From Folioceros fuciformis (lineage: Eukaryota), in NCBI GenBank assembly GCA_049999805.1, contig JBNGIO010006317.1:127315-191314 (forward strand): DNA of 64,000 nucleotides. The letters are read 5' to 3'. Every line of letters starts with the position of its first letter. Position 1 is the first letter of the stretch. This document shows positions 46,067-58,501 of the stretch, piece after piece. A program made the translations under genes and the position numbers. The notes below the pieces were generated by a model. That model was not told where the DNA came from and did not search any database. It worked only from the letters and a program-made list of their open reading frames with translations.

Positions 46067-47317
46067 TAATGAAATTGGATGATGGTGATGTCCGAAGAGG
46101 GGAACTAAGCGCCATCACGGTCCTCTCAAAGTCTGTGCGCGCAGGGCGGTACTGCACTCAAGTTGAACGTTCAAATGGGTCGCAAACCCCAGTCAAACCA
46201 GTCGTGCGATGTTGGTTTAGGCTTGCTGAAAATTGGGATTTGGCCTTAAGACTAGATCTCTACAAGTGGCCTTGGAAGCCAGGGTGCAAGGCGGTCAACC
46301 TTTGGTCCTTCTTTAACTTCCCAACGGCGGACATCTTCCTCTGGATGGTACTAGCGCAGAAACTCAAGCAACGGCAACAAATGGCTCTCAGGCTACAGTT
46401 ATCTATGAGGCGACAAAGGGAAGCTATCAAGTTGCTTTGGAAGTCAGTAGGTATTCCTCCCAAGGGTTAGGGCGACGGTTTGGTGCTTTTTTCAAGCTTA
46501 TTTCCTTAATGCGAATCGTTGGGATGGGCTGTTGGTTGCTGCGGGAGAAGACCAGTGTCGACTGTGCTCCTCTGGTGCCCTAAACAAAAGCCAGCACATG
46601 TTCTTCCATTGCAGGTTCGCCCAAGAGGTATGGAGTGAGGTGGGCAATTGGTTGCAGAGGATTCTCCCTGGCACTAGCCTCAGGATCACAAAACAAACTA
46701 CCCTCTTTGGGTTGGATTCAACCTCGGGCAAAGCTCTACTTCAGGTGCAATGGTGGGGTTTACTGTGGTCTTCTTGCCTTTTTCATCTTTGGGTTAACTG
46801 GTCTGCCGTGGTCTATGGAAGTAAGGTGCTAGCCTTGTCTAAGGCTCTACTTTGGTGCCTTTGGGAGCATATGCTGATTGCGGCAGAAAGTTTGAGGCAG
46901 TCCCATCAGAAACAGTTCAAGCGGAGCGAATGGAGGTCGGCAGGCTTCCTAGTTACTGGGAATGACAATCATTCGAATCACGCATGCCCTTGGGGAAGGT
47001 GAGCCCCATGGCCCTCAAGAGGTTTTGAGGGTTAAGACTGGATGGTCTTTGTAGTCTTTTATTATCAGGGTGGCGGGGAGCCTTTTCCTCGCCTGTTCAG
47101 AGGGCTGGGCACAAGGTCATTTTTTCTCCCGATCCTTTGCTCATGGTGGGGAGCCTTTTCCTCGCCCTGTTCAGAGGGCTGGGCACGAGGTCGTTTTTTC
47201 TCCCGATCCTTTGCTCATGCTATGTAAATATGTAGGCAGGGGTCCCCTTAGTATTGTAAGAGGACGATAATATTAATCTGAATATTTTCTTCGCGAACAA
47301 AAAAACATAATGAAATT
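46063..47317 (+). mobile_element. 5'-truncated L1-like LINE with 14-bp target-site duplication
   Basis: AACATAATGAAATT at 46063-46076 and 47304-47317, the second preceded by a short A-run. zf-RVT-like CRLC...QHMFFHCRFAQEVW. Tandem duplication of about 75 bp in the 3' UTR (47069-47218). Confidence 0.85.
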
Positions 47318-48508
47318 CAGAATTCACTTGAGCTTGATTTGCTGTGGGTTTTTTTGGGGATAATAATCCCAATAATAAGATTATCGTTCTACCTAACGGT
47401 AGGCAAAAAATACAGATAAAATTTTATTGGAGAAAAATAATCATGTAATATATTTTCTTAAAGAGTAATAATCGAGTTCCTGGCGCTCTGCAGGGCAGGG
47501 TTTCTTCTTTTCAAATAATTTTGGTGTGGATGGACTCATCCAGAAACATATGAGGCCGCAATATCCAACCATGTCAAAGAGATATACAGTTCTCCAGCTG
47601 CATTTCCAGTCTCGTCACATGTGTGCTGTCTGTCAACGAAGAAGATCTTGCTTATAAATAATTCATCATTTACAGAGAGCACACACATATCGTCTTGTCA
47701 GTGTGGTCAGAAGCACTCCAAGGAGCTCGCGATCCAAGACTCTCGTTCCGCAGGCACAGTCAGACCCCACCTCTAGTGGGCCCAAGCCTCGGCGGAATCT
47801 AAGCACTGGGAAATACATAAACTTCTGCAATCTCTAATCTCGCCAATCAAACGCTTCCATGTTACGGAAGCGATTGTGATGAAACCAGGAATACAGAATC
47901 TGTTGCTGAAAAAGTCGAGTCCGGGAGTGATCGACAATGCATCAGCCACAGGGATGATTACTGGCGTACGTCAACTAGTTAGGACTGCCATCACCCAAGT
48001 CCGACCAAGATGCTCCTGTGTGCACTGTTACCAACTGGGATGAAAGTCACCGAAATTATTTTACACAACTTTACAGGGTAGTTGGTACAGGATGTGGAAG
48101 CTTCCCACCTAGATTTGAAGCTGATTCTGTCCTGCTTGTGGATCACCTAAAAGTTTTAGATGCGGGACAGGAGGGCAAATTACTTTGCACCCAGGGCATG
48201 AACCATCTAGCCTTGCACTGCTGCGTCACTTAACGGACAATGCACATGATACTATTCCGAGCCCGACTGACAACTCGTTTCCATCTTGTCTGATGAACGG
48301 CTGCAGCCTGCGTCTTCCGAGACCTGAAGAGTCTCAACACCAACCACCTGACCTACCGCAGATGCACGCTGCGGACATTCAACATCAACAACATCTTCAT
48401 GTGCCTGTACCTTCCAACAAATCAGTGGACGAGATGCAAACCTCAAACGATAGTCTATATTGCCCTCTCCTGTAATAGGAATGGAAAGAGACTTCTCTTG
48501 GCGTCTTC

Positions 48509-50319
48509 TCACCATGCCTCCACACGTTCACTTTGTTGATCTATAGTGCTCACAAGCCTTCCACCTCTGTTCTTCGACTTGCCACGCGGCTTGGATTGAG
48601 CTTTCCGGTGAGTGTAGTCCTCATACTCCGATTTCGGCTCCCTCAAGCTACTATCTCGAGAAGTGAAACCATTGAGCAGAGCACCCCCATAATCATTGTC
48701 CCGACTATCTTCATGAGTTTCCTCGGGCCGAGAGGAGGTGGGATGTGGATCAAGAGCAGCCTCCTGTCGCTCTCGTAAGGTCCTTAAGATCAAAGTCTTC
48801 AGAAAATTCATCACTTGGACAGCATGCATCAGCGCAGTTAGGGGATCTGCCATCTGCAAGAGAGAAAGAAGATGGGTGAGGCCTAGTGAACCTTCCAGGC
48901 AATTCTGGGAGATACGTCAACTAAGAAGCCACCGTAACTAATACTGGAGCCAAGTGAAGAGAGTAAGATTGAGGGTAGAGTGGCTTGAAGAAGTACCTGC
49001 GTCATGTTTGGGGCAAACACCATAGCAATATTTCGTGCGTTCATCTTGTTGGTGGCCTCCTCTTGCACAACGTCGGCCATAAGATTGACAGCCCAGTCTA
49101 GGAGAGCTGCTTGTGTGGGTGGGAGCTCCTTCACCAGATCCACACACTGCTCCTCAGTGTGGCATTGTAGAACTTGTTCGGGAGTCAAGGAGTCTAGGAC
49201 TCCCCTTGGTAGTTCTCGAAACCAAGCCTGTAAATAGAGCAACTCCAGCATGAGACCAAGCAGATAACATTTCCAGAGAACAATCTGTTCTCACAAGCTG
49301 CTGCGCCTTCTCTTACCTTTATAAGTCCAGCTAAGCAGTGTAGATCGATGTCATACGGGACAAGGCCTTTGTTCAGCTGATCCCGTACATGTTCTTCGTG
49401 GCTATTTTCAGCATTTATTCTGAAGATCCCCTCTGCCTGGGAACAAAGCCAGCACAACATCAACAAAGAGTGCTTATGCTGGCTGACAAAGACTTGGACA
49501 ACATAGATGCGTCCAACGAGACGTAACTGCAAACGTGAACACAGTGACTGATCTATACCTTGAGACCACCCTGGTTGTACAACTGTTCTTGCATCAGAAG
49601 CAGGATGGTTGGCACACTGTTGCCCTTCATGTCATAAGAGCATTGCATAGATTCCGCCGAAACTCCAAAGACACTTGCGCTGCCATTTTTGGAAGGCCAC
49701 GGTGAGGAAAGCTTACAACAGTTGGAAGCAGAAGGGCGAGACTTGTTCCACAACCACGAAGTGTGCACAGTCAATCTCACCTTGCACTTGGCGCTCTCCT
49801 TGGGATCTCAACTTCAAATTCCACTGGGAGTCCAAGAAAGCCGTTGAAGCGATCAAACGTCACATGAGCTACATGTTGCACATTAGTGGGCCACCCGATG
49901 TCCATTCCGTCTTCAGGTCCCGTGTTGCACGTGAGCAATGACCTCCGGACAGCTGCTATCATGAGAGCTAACATAGACAGTTCGGCGCTTTCCTGGTCAG
50001 ACCTCACCATCAGGTCTCCACCGTGTCTGCCAGCTCCTCTTCCACCTTGTCTGCTGTTCTCCGCCGCACGGCTTGTGCTCTCGTAAGGGCGCGCATTATC
50101 ATCGTCTGTCTCTGATGCATGAGTTATGAGGGGGGAGACGGCAGTGTTGCAGTAATCAGACGCATATTCATCCGACTCTCTGTTGTTGTCTGAGTTCAAG
50201 GTGAACCTAGTCATCCGGGAACTCATCGGCGAAGAACCTGGCCCGCTGAAATCGAACATGGCGTCATCGGAGTCGGGACTGTCCGATATGTAATGCCGAG
50301 GTGGTAAAACCTCGGCCAT
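48509..50319 (-). CDS. ROPGAP: ROP GTPase-activating protein (CRIB + RhoGAP), 5 exons
   Basis: CRIB: MDIGWPTNVQHVAHVTFDRFNGFLGLP. Then SASVFGVSAESMQCSYD, AEGIFRINAEN (Arg finger), AWFRELP, NKMNARNIAMVFAPN, MADPLTALMHAVQVMNFL; ends ERVEAW*. Confidence 0.95.
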
Positions 50320-53300
50320 TTTCCTGAGCAGAAATTTGCGTAACGACTCCAGCTACACCAACTCGCAGGCTGCTGTTTCTTCCCCCACAAGGAAAGCTAT
50401 CCTAGGTCTCAAGTCAAAGACGCCCGCTCAGCGTCTGAGCTCCCAGACTGTATTTCTCCAAGAACATCTGCACGGTACGTCGCAGCATAAGAAGAGACAG
50501 ATGGAACACATCGGTAGTTCCACCCCAGAAACCGTCTAACTCCCCGGGCCGAGGGAAGGAAAGTGCGCGACACTTTCGACGCGGCCACAACCAACAAGCT
50601 TGCCGAGGACAGGTGGGGACACGACAGTACAGGAGGGGCAGGGCCAAGCAAGTCCTATTCCAACTCAAGCCGGCCTCAGCAGTCAAGATTGGCACAACAG
50701 AGAAGAGCAGACAAAGCAAGTGCCGGTGGCTCTTGAAAAATCAGTCCAAGACGCTTGACAAAGGAGGGGGAGACGCACTTCCCGACGCAGTGCGGCGAGC
50801 GAAATTGAAACCCGACGAGTATGGACACTGACACCTAACTACAATTGCGACTCTCCTCCAATCCCTCCCAGAGAGGGAACAAGGCGCCACGGCACATTTC
50901 ATGAGAAGAGCAAACAGAAAATGGAGCAAACCTGCTACACGCGGATCGTCGCAACTCCAAAGAATTGCTCATGAGCGCCTCAAATGAAGCTGTCGTGCAA
51001 GCTGGTGGCCTCACTTCCTGCCGTGACTCCAACACCCGAGTCCCCCTCGACTGGAAATTGGACACGGGCATTCAGGTTCAGCGGCGGGGCCGAATTGAAG
51101 CGTCCAACAAGACGCGACAAGAAGGCTGGCAGGCCGGAAGCTCAAGAGGAGGGCGGGGCAGGCAAAGACGAAAGACCGCATGTAGGACAAACAAGAATCA
51201 CCGTCATGGGAGCAAACCCCGGGTGAACCAAGCTACGAGCAACGGTGGAGCGAAGTGCGCAAGAAGAGGGCAAGGAGTGCGGACCAAGGCAGTCAAAGAA
51301 AAGAAGGAGGCCGCGCCGAGGGGCAGCAAGACTCGGGAGCGGGAGCAGGCAAGTTTGATGCCGCGAGAGGAGGAGAAAGGCGTGTGCTCGCCGGCGAGGT
51401 CCGGAGTTCTCAGAGCAGCGGCAGCGGAATACGGAATGGAAGCAAGGGAAGCGAGGTGGCAGAGAAAGCGAATCCAAGTGACGTCGAGCCAGGAAGCCAA
51501 GCAGGGTTGAGAGTCCTCGTGCAGCCAGTCAGAGAAGGGGAATTCCGAGAGGTCCAAGAAGAACGTCCATCCGTGCCGCTTTCAACCCAGGATCAAAGCG
51601 CTGTAGCAGCAAGCAAGCACGGAGGAGAGAGACGAGTGTGGCCAAGCCAGGCCAAGCCAAGCCAAGCAGCCAGGCTGCATATCCAACCTTCCTACCTTCC
51701 TTCCAAGCCCCGACACTTGCCACAAGCATCCCCGCAAGAAGCAGCGAAACTCAACAGGAGCAAGCTGTACCAACCTGGCACGGAAGACGAGGCCAAATCG
51801 CCTCCTCCATCGCCGCTCCACGTAAGTTCGCGTTCCACAGTAGAACAACAACGAGGCAAGGCTATGCTGGGCAGGGCAAGGCAACGCTAGGCTAGGCTGT
51901 ATGCCGTCACGCAAGCAAGAAGGCGGGGCCAGCGGGGACGACAAACCCCACAGATCGGAACGCACAGCCGCAGAGAAAAGCACGGGCGCAGTTGCCGGGG
52001 GGCACGTCCTGGAACGTGCGCGTTTCCCTTTGTCTTCTTTACCCCGCCATGGCCCGCTGTGTGGCGCACACCTCCATTACCCTATCTGCCCTCTTCAACT
52101 GGTAGCCGTCGGGTCGACTAGTGGCCCGACCCCGGCAGTGCCCAACCCAGGCCACACCCAAAACTAATATAATTTCACTGACCGGGCGTAACACCGAGGA
52201 AAGCAGCAGAGCTGGCTGGCGCCACGCGCATCTGCAGCTCTCGTCTCCTCTGCGCTGCGCTGCTCTGCTCTGCTCTGAACTGCACTGAGAGTCCGCGTTT
52301 CTGGCCGGTTGCTGTATGTATGCCCTTGACAGACGGGTAACCAACGCACTTGACACTTGTGCTTGCTTGCTTGGTCAAGTGCAAGGCAGCCTGAAACGGG
52401 CCGTCCGTCCCGTCCCTTCCCTGGCCCGCATTCATGGTGGCCCGCCTCATCATCTCCCACATTCCCGCAACACCCGCCCGGCTTGCATATTCCACCTTTC
52501 CCAAAAGCCCAACAATGTTTTTCGGATTCCCGTTTACCGTTAAGCTAGATATTCAAAATTCCGAACACTCGGCTTAACTTTGGGCACAAGCGTGACACAA
52601 GCGTGAGCTAAGTCTCGCTCGCATCCCATCCATCCCATCCTATGTGGTGTCCTGTCGTGTCGTCTCCTCTCGTCCGTCCGCCTCTTGGAGAGTGGGTATC
52701 TGTGCCTTCACTGCAGGATAGACGGGAGTGCTCGTTTTTAGCCAAGGCACATATGGGTTTCCGTGCCTGGAGACGCAAGAAGCACACAAGAAAGGTGTGA
52801 GATTCAAATTCATGGTTCCTAAGTGGGTTCCTTAGGAACCCGCTTCTGCTTTTCCCGCAACAGCGTCCGCTACGAAACAGAAGCGCTTCGGATTTAATGC
52901 TGTGGTTTACGGCATAATCAGGTGATGTGGTGTACTGCGCTTGGAGGATTAGTAATGAGGTGGGCTTTTGTTTGCGTAAACTGGGGCATCATGTTGCCAA
53001 GCGTGAGGGCAGCGCAGCGCAGTGCAGGGCAGGGATCTTCAAGAACAAGAAGGAAGCCAGAAGCCCGCATGAATTAAACATACTCTTGTATGTCTGCGGA
53101 GACAGGCACGACAGACCCGGATTTCGTCACAGAAAGTTGGAGTTTATTTAAGAGAGGCGAGGAGGGCGAGCAGGCAGCCTTGATGGCCACGTTGTGGGGA
53201 TCCGGATTTCCGTAAAAGGCTGCGGGCGGCAGCGAGAAAAGGGAGGCAGGTCCGCCGGACATGCATAGTCGTTGCACGCCGGGGGAACGAGGGGAACAAG

Positions 53301-53534
53301 TGTTGGCCATGAAAACGCGGACGGCCCCCAGCCTGGCTTGGCCTCTCCTCGCCTTGCCCCATCATGCATCCTCATGCCATGCATTCGCCATGACAACACC
53401 CGATTTCAACATTATCCCGCAGTAACTGCCAAAGATCCACGGCGCGTGAAACATGAAACGTGAAACATGTACAGACGGGACCGGGAACCGGGGAACAACC
53501 GGGCCCGCCAGACCTAACCCGCACCAAACGGAAC

Positions 53535-53600
53535 CCAACCTAACCTAACCCAGCCTGACCTAACCCGACCCAGCCTGACCTAACCCGACCTTCCTTGACC
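53535..53600. repeat. C-rich pentamer/20-mer repeat
   Basis: cctaacctaacccagcctgacctaacccgacccagcctgacctaacccgacc. Confidence 0.75.
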
Positions 53601-54009
53601 TGACTGGAAAGGTACTGTAGCGACAGTACGTAGCTAGCTAGTTCCCCTCCTCCAGGTCGGGTTGAGTAACAGAACAGGCCACCGACTCGCCTTCCCAAAC
53701 GGATTCCCGACTCTTCCGTGGGTTTGAACGGCGTGTGGCCGCGCCCGCTGGTCGCGGGAGCCAAGTTAAGAATACAAACCCGGATTACGCGTGCGGTAAC
53801 GGAAAGATAACCAGACTGTAAGCAGGCAGCGGCCCCACCTAACCCTATCCCAATCTTTGTTGGGGCTAAATTGGCGTAAAGGATGGCGGGTGGGGCCGGC
53901 GGCCGGCCGCCAGCACGGGTCTTGAATGGGGTTCTGGATGCTTCCCTTCGCCGTCCCTTCTCTTCCCTTCTCCCGTCCCATGCCTTTCCTTTTCCCTTTT
54001 CCTTTCCCT

Positions 54010-54173
54010 GATATATATATAGATATATATGTACACACAGTACATGGTCCATGAACCGTCTCGTACTGCGTACACGTACAGGAAAAGGTATTGTATTGTG
54101 CGGCCGGCCGCGGCTACACGCTTTTGCTCTGACTCCCACGAGAACGTACAGTACAGGGAGATATGTACTGTAC
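54010..54173. promoter_or_regulatory. TATA-like (TA)n tract plus cluster of nine GTAC cores (candidate SBP/SPL-binding or copper-response module)
   Basis: GTAC at 54031, 54040, 54063, 54070, 54076, 54146, 54151, 54165 and 54170. Confidence 0.5.
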
Positions 54174-56710
54174 ACCGTATCGGGGGTTGCGAGACCGTAT
54201 TTTGTGGGCAACGAGGTGCTGCTGCCACTGCAGTTTTGGTGTCGTGCGAGTCGAGGGTGTTTCTTGTTCTTGACTTGCGCATCTCGGGTTTAGAGCTTTC
54301 GATCGAGGACCCGGGGCCCGGGTCTCAGCCAATGCCGACTACTCCTCCGCCACGCCCGCCCACTGCTCCTTGCTCCTCCGCACAGTCCAAGTTTCTATGT
54401 ACTCTGACGGACCACTGTGGCACTGAACCTTGAAGCTGGCCAGCCAGGGAGGAAGAAGAAAAGAAGTCTATGAGAGACAGTCAGAGGAGGGAAGAGACAT
54501 TCGTCATGGCAGATTCTCATGGCGCCAAGTGGTAGCCTGCCTGCAGGGTATAGGAAGCCGGTCGCACCAGGGCAGACGCGCTCTCGGAGGAGGACAGGGC
54601 ACCAGCCCTTGTGAGCAAGTGCATGTACCGACAGGTGGTGGTGCATTAGGGTTTGAAGTGTGAGCTTTTTGAACTGCGGGGAGGGAGGGACGGAGGGAAG
54701 GAGGAAGGATAGGGCTGGTTCTGGGGGCTCGGTCCGGGCGGAAGTTGGGCAGAGTGCGAGAGCTCGGGGACCGAGCAACGGGCCCCCCGGACCAGCGGTC
54801 GCCCGAGGCTGACGAGGGGGTCTCTGTCGGGTAGTGGAAGTCGAGAAAGGGGTCTGGTCTGGCCTGGCCTGGCACACGAGCCATGGATTTTTGAAAACGG
54901 AAGATTGTGGTGAGGAGAGGTGATGAGAGTCTGTGCAGAGAGAGCAGCCGGGAGTGCCGGGTGGACCATGGCAGGCCAGGGGGAGCCCGGAAACGGAGTT
55001 GAGATATGGAGCGCTGCCGGCTTCCGACCCGCCGGGTCCTCCGCCGGCCAGTGACCCTGGGCTGCACAGTTGCATTCAATGGCCATTAAAACTTGAATGC
55101 CGGCAGCAGCCGGCCTGGCACTCTGCAGCTTTGCTTGGCTGATGTGCAAACAAACGATTACCCGCACCATATACTAATGCTCAATGTACTTGAGGTGATC
55201 TCTCGGGGCTGGCGCCCTACCGCCGGGCGCCGCCCTCGTGACCGCGCCAACCCGCGGTCACGGGCCCAAGTGACCGCGGTACAGTACATGGCACCCGGGG
55301 CCCTTATTGCTTGCTGCCCCTCCCGGGGTTTCTACCCCACAGCCCAGTGCTCCTGCCGCTGCCACCCTGCCACACTGTCACCCTGCTCAACGTCCTGTGC
55401 CTGCGATTGTGAGTCACGACCTGACCGCTCGACGCGGTTAAGATAACGGGGGTTAGGCCGGGGTGGTTGCTGCCGTGCTGCACACTCCAGCTGTGCCACG
55501 TCCGACGCGATGGTGGCGACATTGGAGATACAGGACAGACCGATCCGGGCTGTTTGATGCCATCTCCGCACGTCGGGCCCGAGAGCACTGTGTGCCAGAC
55601 AGGGATTCGCTGGAAGGGATTTGTGCGGCCAAAATTAGGGACGGCGGCACGAACCGCCAGATTTGGAGGCTGGTGCGTGAGAGGTGGAAGTTTTAGCTGA
55701 GGTCTGGAGTCGGGAAGGGAGGCGGCATGTTTGCATGCGCGTGAGAGGATGAGGTGGATCCACATCCGGACGGACACGAGGAGCACAGCTCCTTGCTGCC
55801 TGCTGCTTGCTGCTTGCTGCTTGTGTTGTTGCTTTCTTTCTTCATTGTTCCCGGACTACAATATACTGCCCGCACCAGCTGTTGCCGTCCTGCTAGTTGT
55901 GCGATCCTTTCGGGACAGTTGGTGAGGACCGGGTGAGAACTTGGTGTGTAAGAAGTTTCCGTGATTCAGTTGAATTGAGCCTGTGTTGCATGCAGTGCAT
56001 GCCTGTGTACATATGTGTGACTGGAGTGTGTTGCGTTTATGGGTGTGCGGATATATATGTACATACAATGCTTCTGCCAGATGTGTACAGCCCTGGGATG
56101 CAAGTGATCAGTCTGCAGTGTTGCAGACTTTTAAAAGGAGAGCTATATCAGGTCGGACCTGTTCCAGGAGGAGGTGAAACCAGCTGGCTGCAACTGTAGC
56201 ATGTGAGGTCGGGATCGGATCTGGGATATGTCGTATGGTGTACTGGTGCTTCCACTTGCAACAGTCTTTCAGGGGGCACTCGTTTGCTGGACACTGCCAA
56301 TTCGCAGATGAGGGATGGAGTCGGAGGAGAGGGATTGCGTGTGAGATGAGAGCATTGTTCACTTCAGAAAGAAATGTTAATTTTAGGGTCACAACTGTAA
56401 GTCCCTGGGCTTTGCTGGCCAATGTACTTGAAAGTGTACAAGAGCCTCGAGTCAGGGCTTCCTGTGCTCTAGGGAAGCTTCGGTGACTGTCGGCATGTAT
56501 GTACGCCGGCAGGTATCAGTACCATTAAGACAGTCGCTTTCACCAGTTCAAATCAAATTTTCTGTTTCCCTTTGGTACAAAAGCTCCCGGCACCAGCAAT
56601 ACATAGTTTGTTGTGGGACTGCCATGGGCACACGCAACCTGTCTCAATGACTTGTTGGACACGCTCCATGCCGTCCCACAGACCGAACCACGGAATTTAG
56701 GACACGCGAA

Positions 56711-58501
56711 TTAGGATCCGGCAGCACAGTCCCACCGGGTTGCGAGAGCAGGAAGCCTTTCCTGAATCACCTTCCACACGCTCTGCAGTTCCTCGTCTGC
56801 GGCCTTGAGCATCTGTATCATCCTGCGCAGGAGAACCGGTTTGCTGTCTCCCAGGCACTTCTTAGCCACATTCATGTACTGGTATATCTCGTCTGGGCTG
56901 AGGGTGGATAAGAGATTGGGGAGTAGATGGGAATGAGATGACTCCATCACACACAAAGATTTTGTAACCAACACTTCCTGATGCTTTACTCCTAGTCCCG
57001 CCTGTTGCAGTACAGGTAGTAGCTTGCTTTCCTCCTCCTCAAAGTGATCTGTAGTTTGCTCCTGCATGTCATTCCACGTAAGATGAAAGCCATCCAAGTG
57101 CTGAGCAAATTTACCACGAATTTCAGCAATATGCACAAAGGCTGCCAACCACAGTTGCCTCCGTATGTCATATAGTTTGTTACCCAAAACTTTCGCAGAC
57201 GGATGGCTAGAGCGTGAAGGGCCTCATCACGAACAGGGCTGCGCATTTCCAGAGCAGCTATTGACTTGATATCCTCTCGAATGCCATTCATGATGGGGAG
57301 CTGTCTTGCATGTTCATTGTCAGCCATCTGGGTAACACCTGCGACCAGAGCTTGTCAGCCTCCAGCAATTTACTTGTTCAGGAGGAAAATGCAAGCCCTG
57401 CTGCACCAGACGATGTATCACATTTAACGCTTAGCATGAACCTACCAACCTGACTCAACACTTAGCATGAACCTACCAACCTGACTCAACATTCTCCAGC
57501 GCAGGGAAAACAAATCTCTCCTCCATCTGTGCATGTTCCTGCATGATCTCCACGAGCTGACCATACTTTTTTGACAGGAGTCTCATCTGGCTTAGGCCCT
57601 GTTGCTGGTTTGTTGCCACCAGACCCTGTTTCCGACCCGCTAGCTCATCAGCAAGCTGCACAACCCTATCCAAGTGAGCCAATATGCTCTTATGCTGCAA
57701 AGTTATGACGATCAGCACCGGTGGAGGAGCTCCGTCCAACAGCGTTTTGGCAATGGACAACTTCAACACAGCGATGTCCAACTTCACCGGAATATGCACC
57801 GAAAAACTCTCCATCTTCTTGCTATACGACAGTAGACGAGAGTAACTGGAGCTGATTTCTATTCCCCGGAAATACGTGAGAAGCTGAACCAGATCTAGGA
57901 ACGGAATCAAGTACACATCAGTCATGGTAAACTGGGATCCAAAGAAGAACGGGCCTCCTTCACCGTTCAACCACATGGCATGGTCCAGCCTTCCAAACAC
58001 TGCATCCAACCTCGGCACAAGCTCCTGCTGACTGGCCTCGCTCCCATCACACAAAAGCTGGCTCACTAGCGGGCTGAACTTGTCCCGGACATAGGATGTC
58101 CACTCTCGGACAGGTCCTTCAACATCTCCGGAGGGAATCAAGGGCGGCTCCCTGAACGTCTCATCTATGTACTCAATTATGGCATCTGGAGATCCCTTCA
58201 CCATCCGTTCTCCATGCTGCAAGGCCAGAACCTTCTGGCTAGTTCTTGCAGCGCCCACCCAATCAAAGTTGAACCAATTCTCAGTCCCAGGCTCCCAAGC
58301 TTGCTCAAATTTTACTCCCTTAGCTTGAATTGCCAGACGGACTCTTGCCGTGAAAGGACACAACCTGAAGCCAAACAGCCGATTCTGATTGGGAATCACA
58401 GGCTGCTGAGCCTTCGCAGAAGCTGGAATGTTAGCTGATGCTTTCTGATTTTCAGGCTTGATGCAATCAGATTTTGCCTGCTTCGCCAAGCATGAACCCA
58501 T
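56711..58501 (-). CDS. GSTH: Hemerythrin-class glutathione transferase (GST-N, GST-C, hemerythrin domain), 3 exons
   Basis: Cys-GST motif CPFTARVRLAI; AIIEYIDETF.EPPL; GPFFFGSQFTMTDVYLIPF; hemerythrin motifs LQHKSI, EHAQMEERFVFP, EHARQLPIMNGIREDIK, DHFEEEESKLLP. N-terminus MGSCLAK. Confidence 0.9.
57430..57491. repeat. 31-bp tandem duplication spanning the exon-1 splice donor of GSTH
   Basis: cttagcatgaacctaccaacctgactcaaca occurs twice. Confidence 0.92.

Noticed and set aside
53900-54520. Possible miR408 or other conserved miRNA near the GTAC cluster
   Set aside because: Only partial purine-rich resemblances (gccagggagg, agggaagaga); no full mature sequence or fold-back found by eye.
50400-56500. 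Numerous 100-226 aa ORFs in the GC-rich region upstream of RopGAP
   Set aside because: Low-complexity, overlapping on both strands and driven by GC content and pentamer repeats; no domains.
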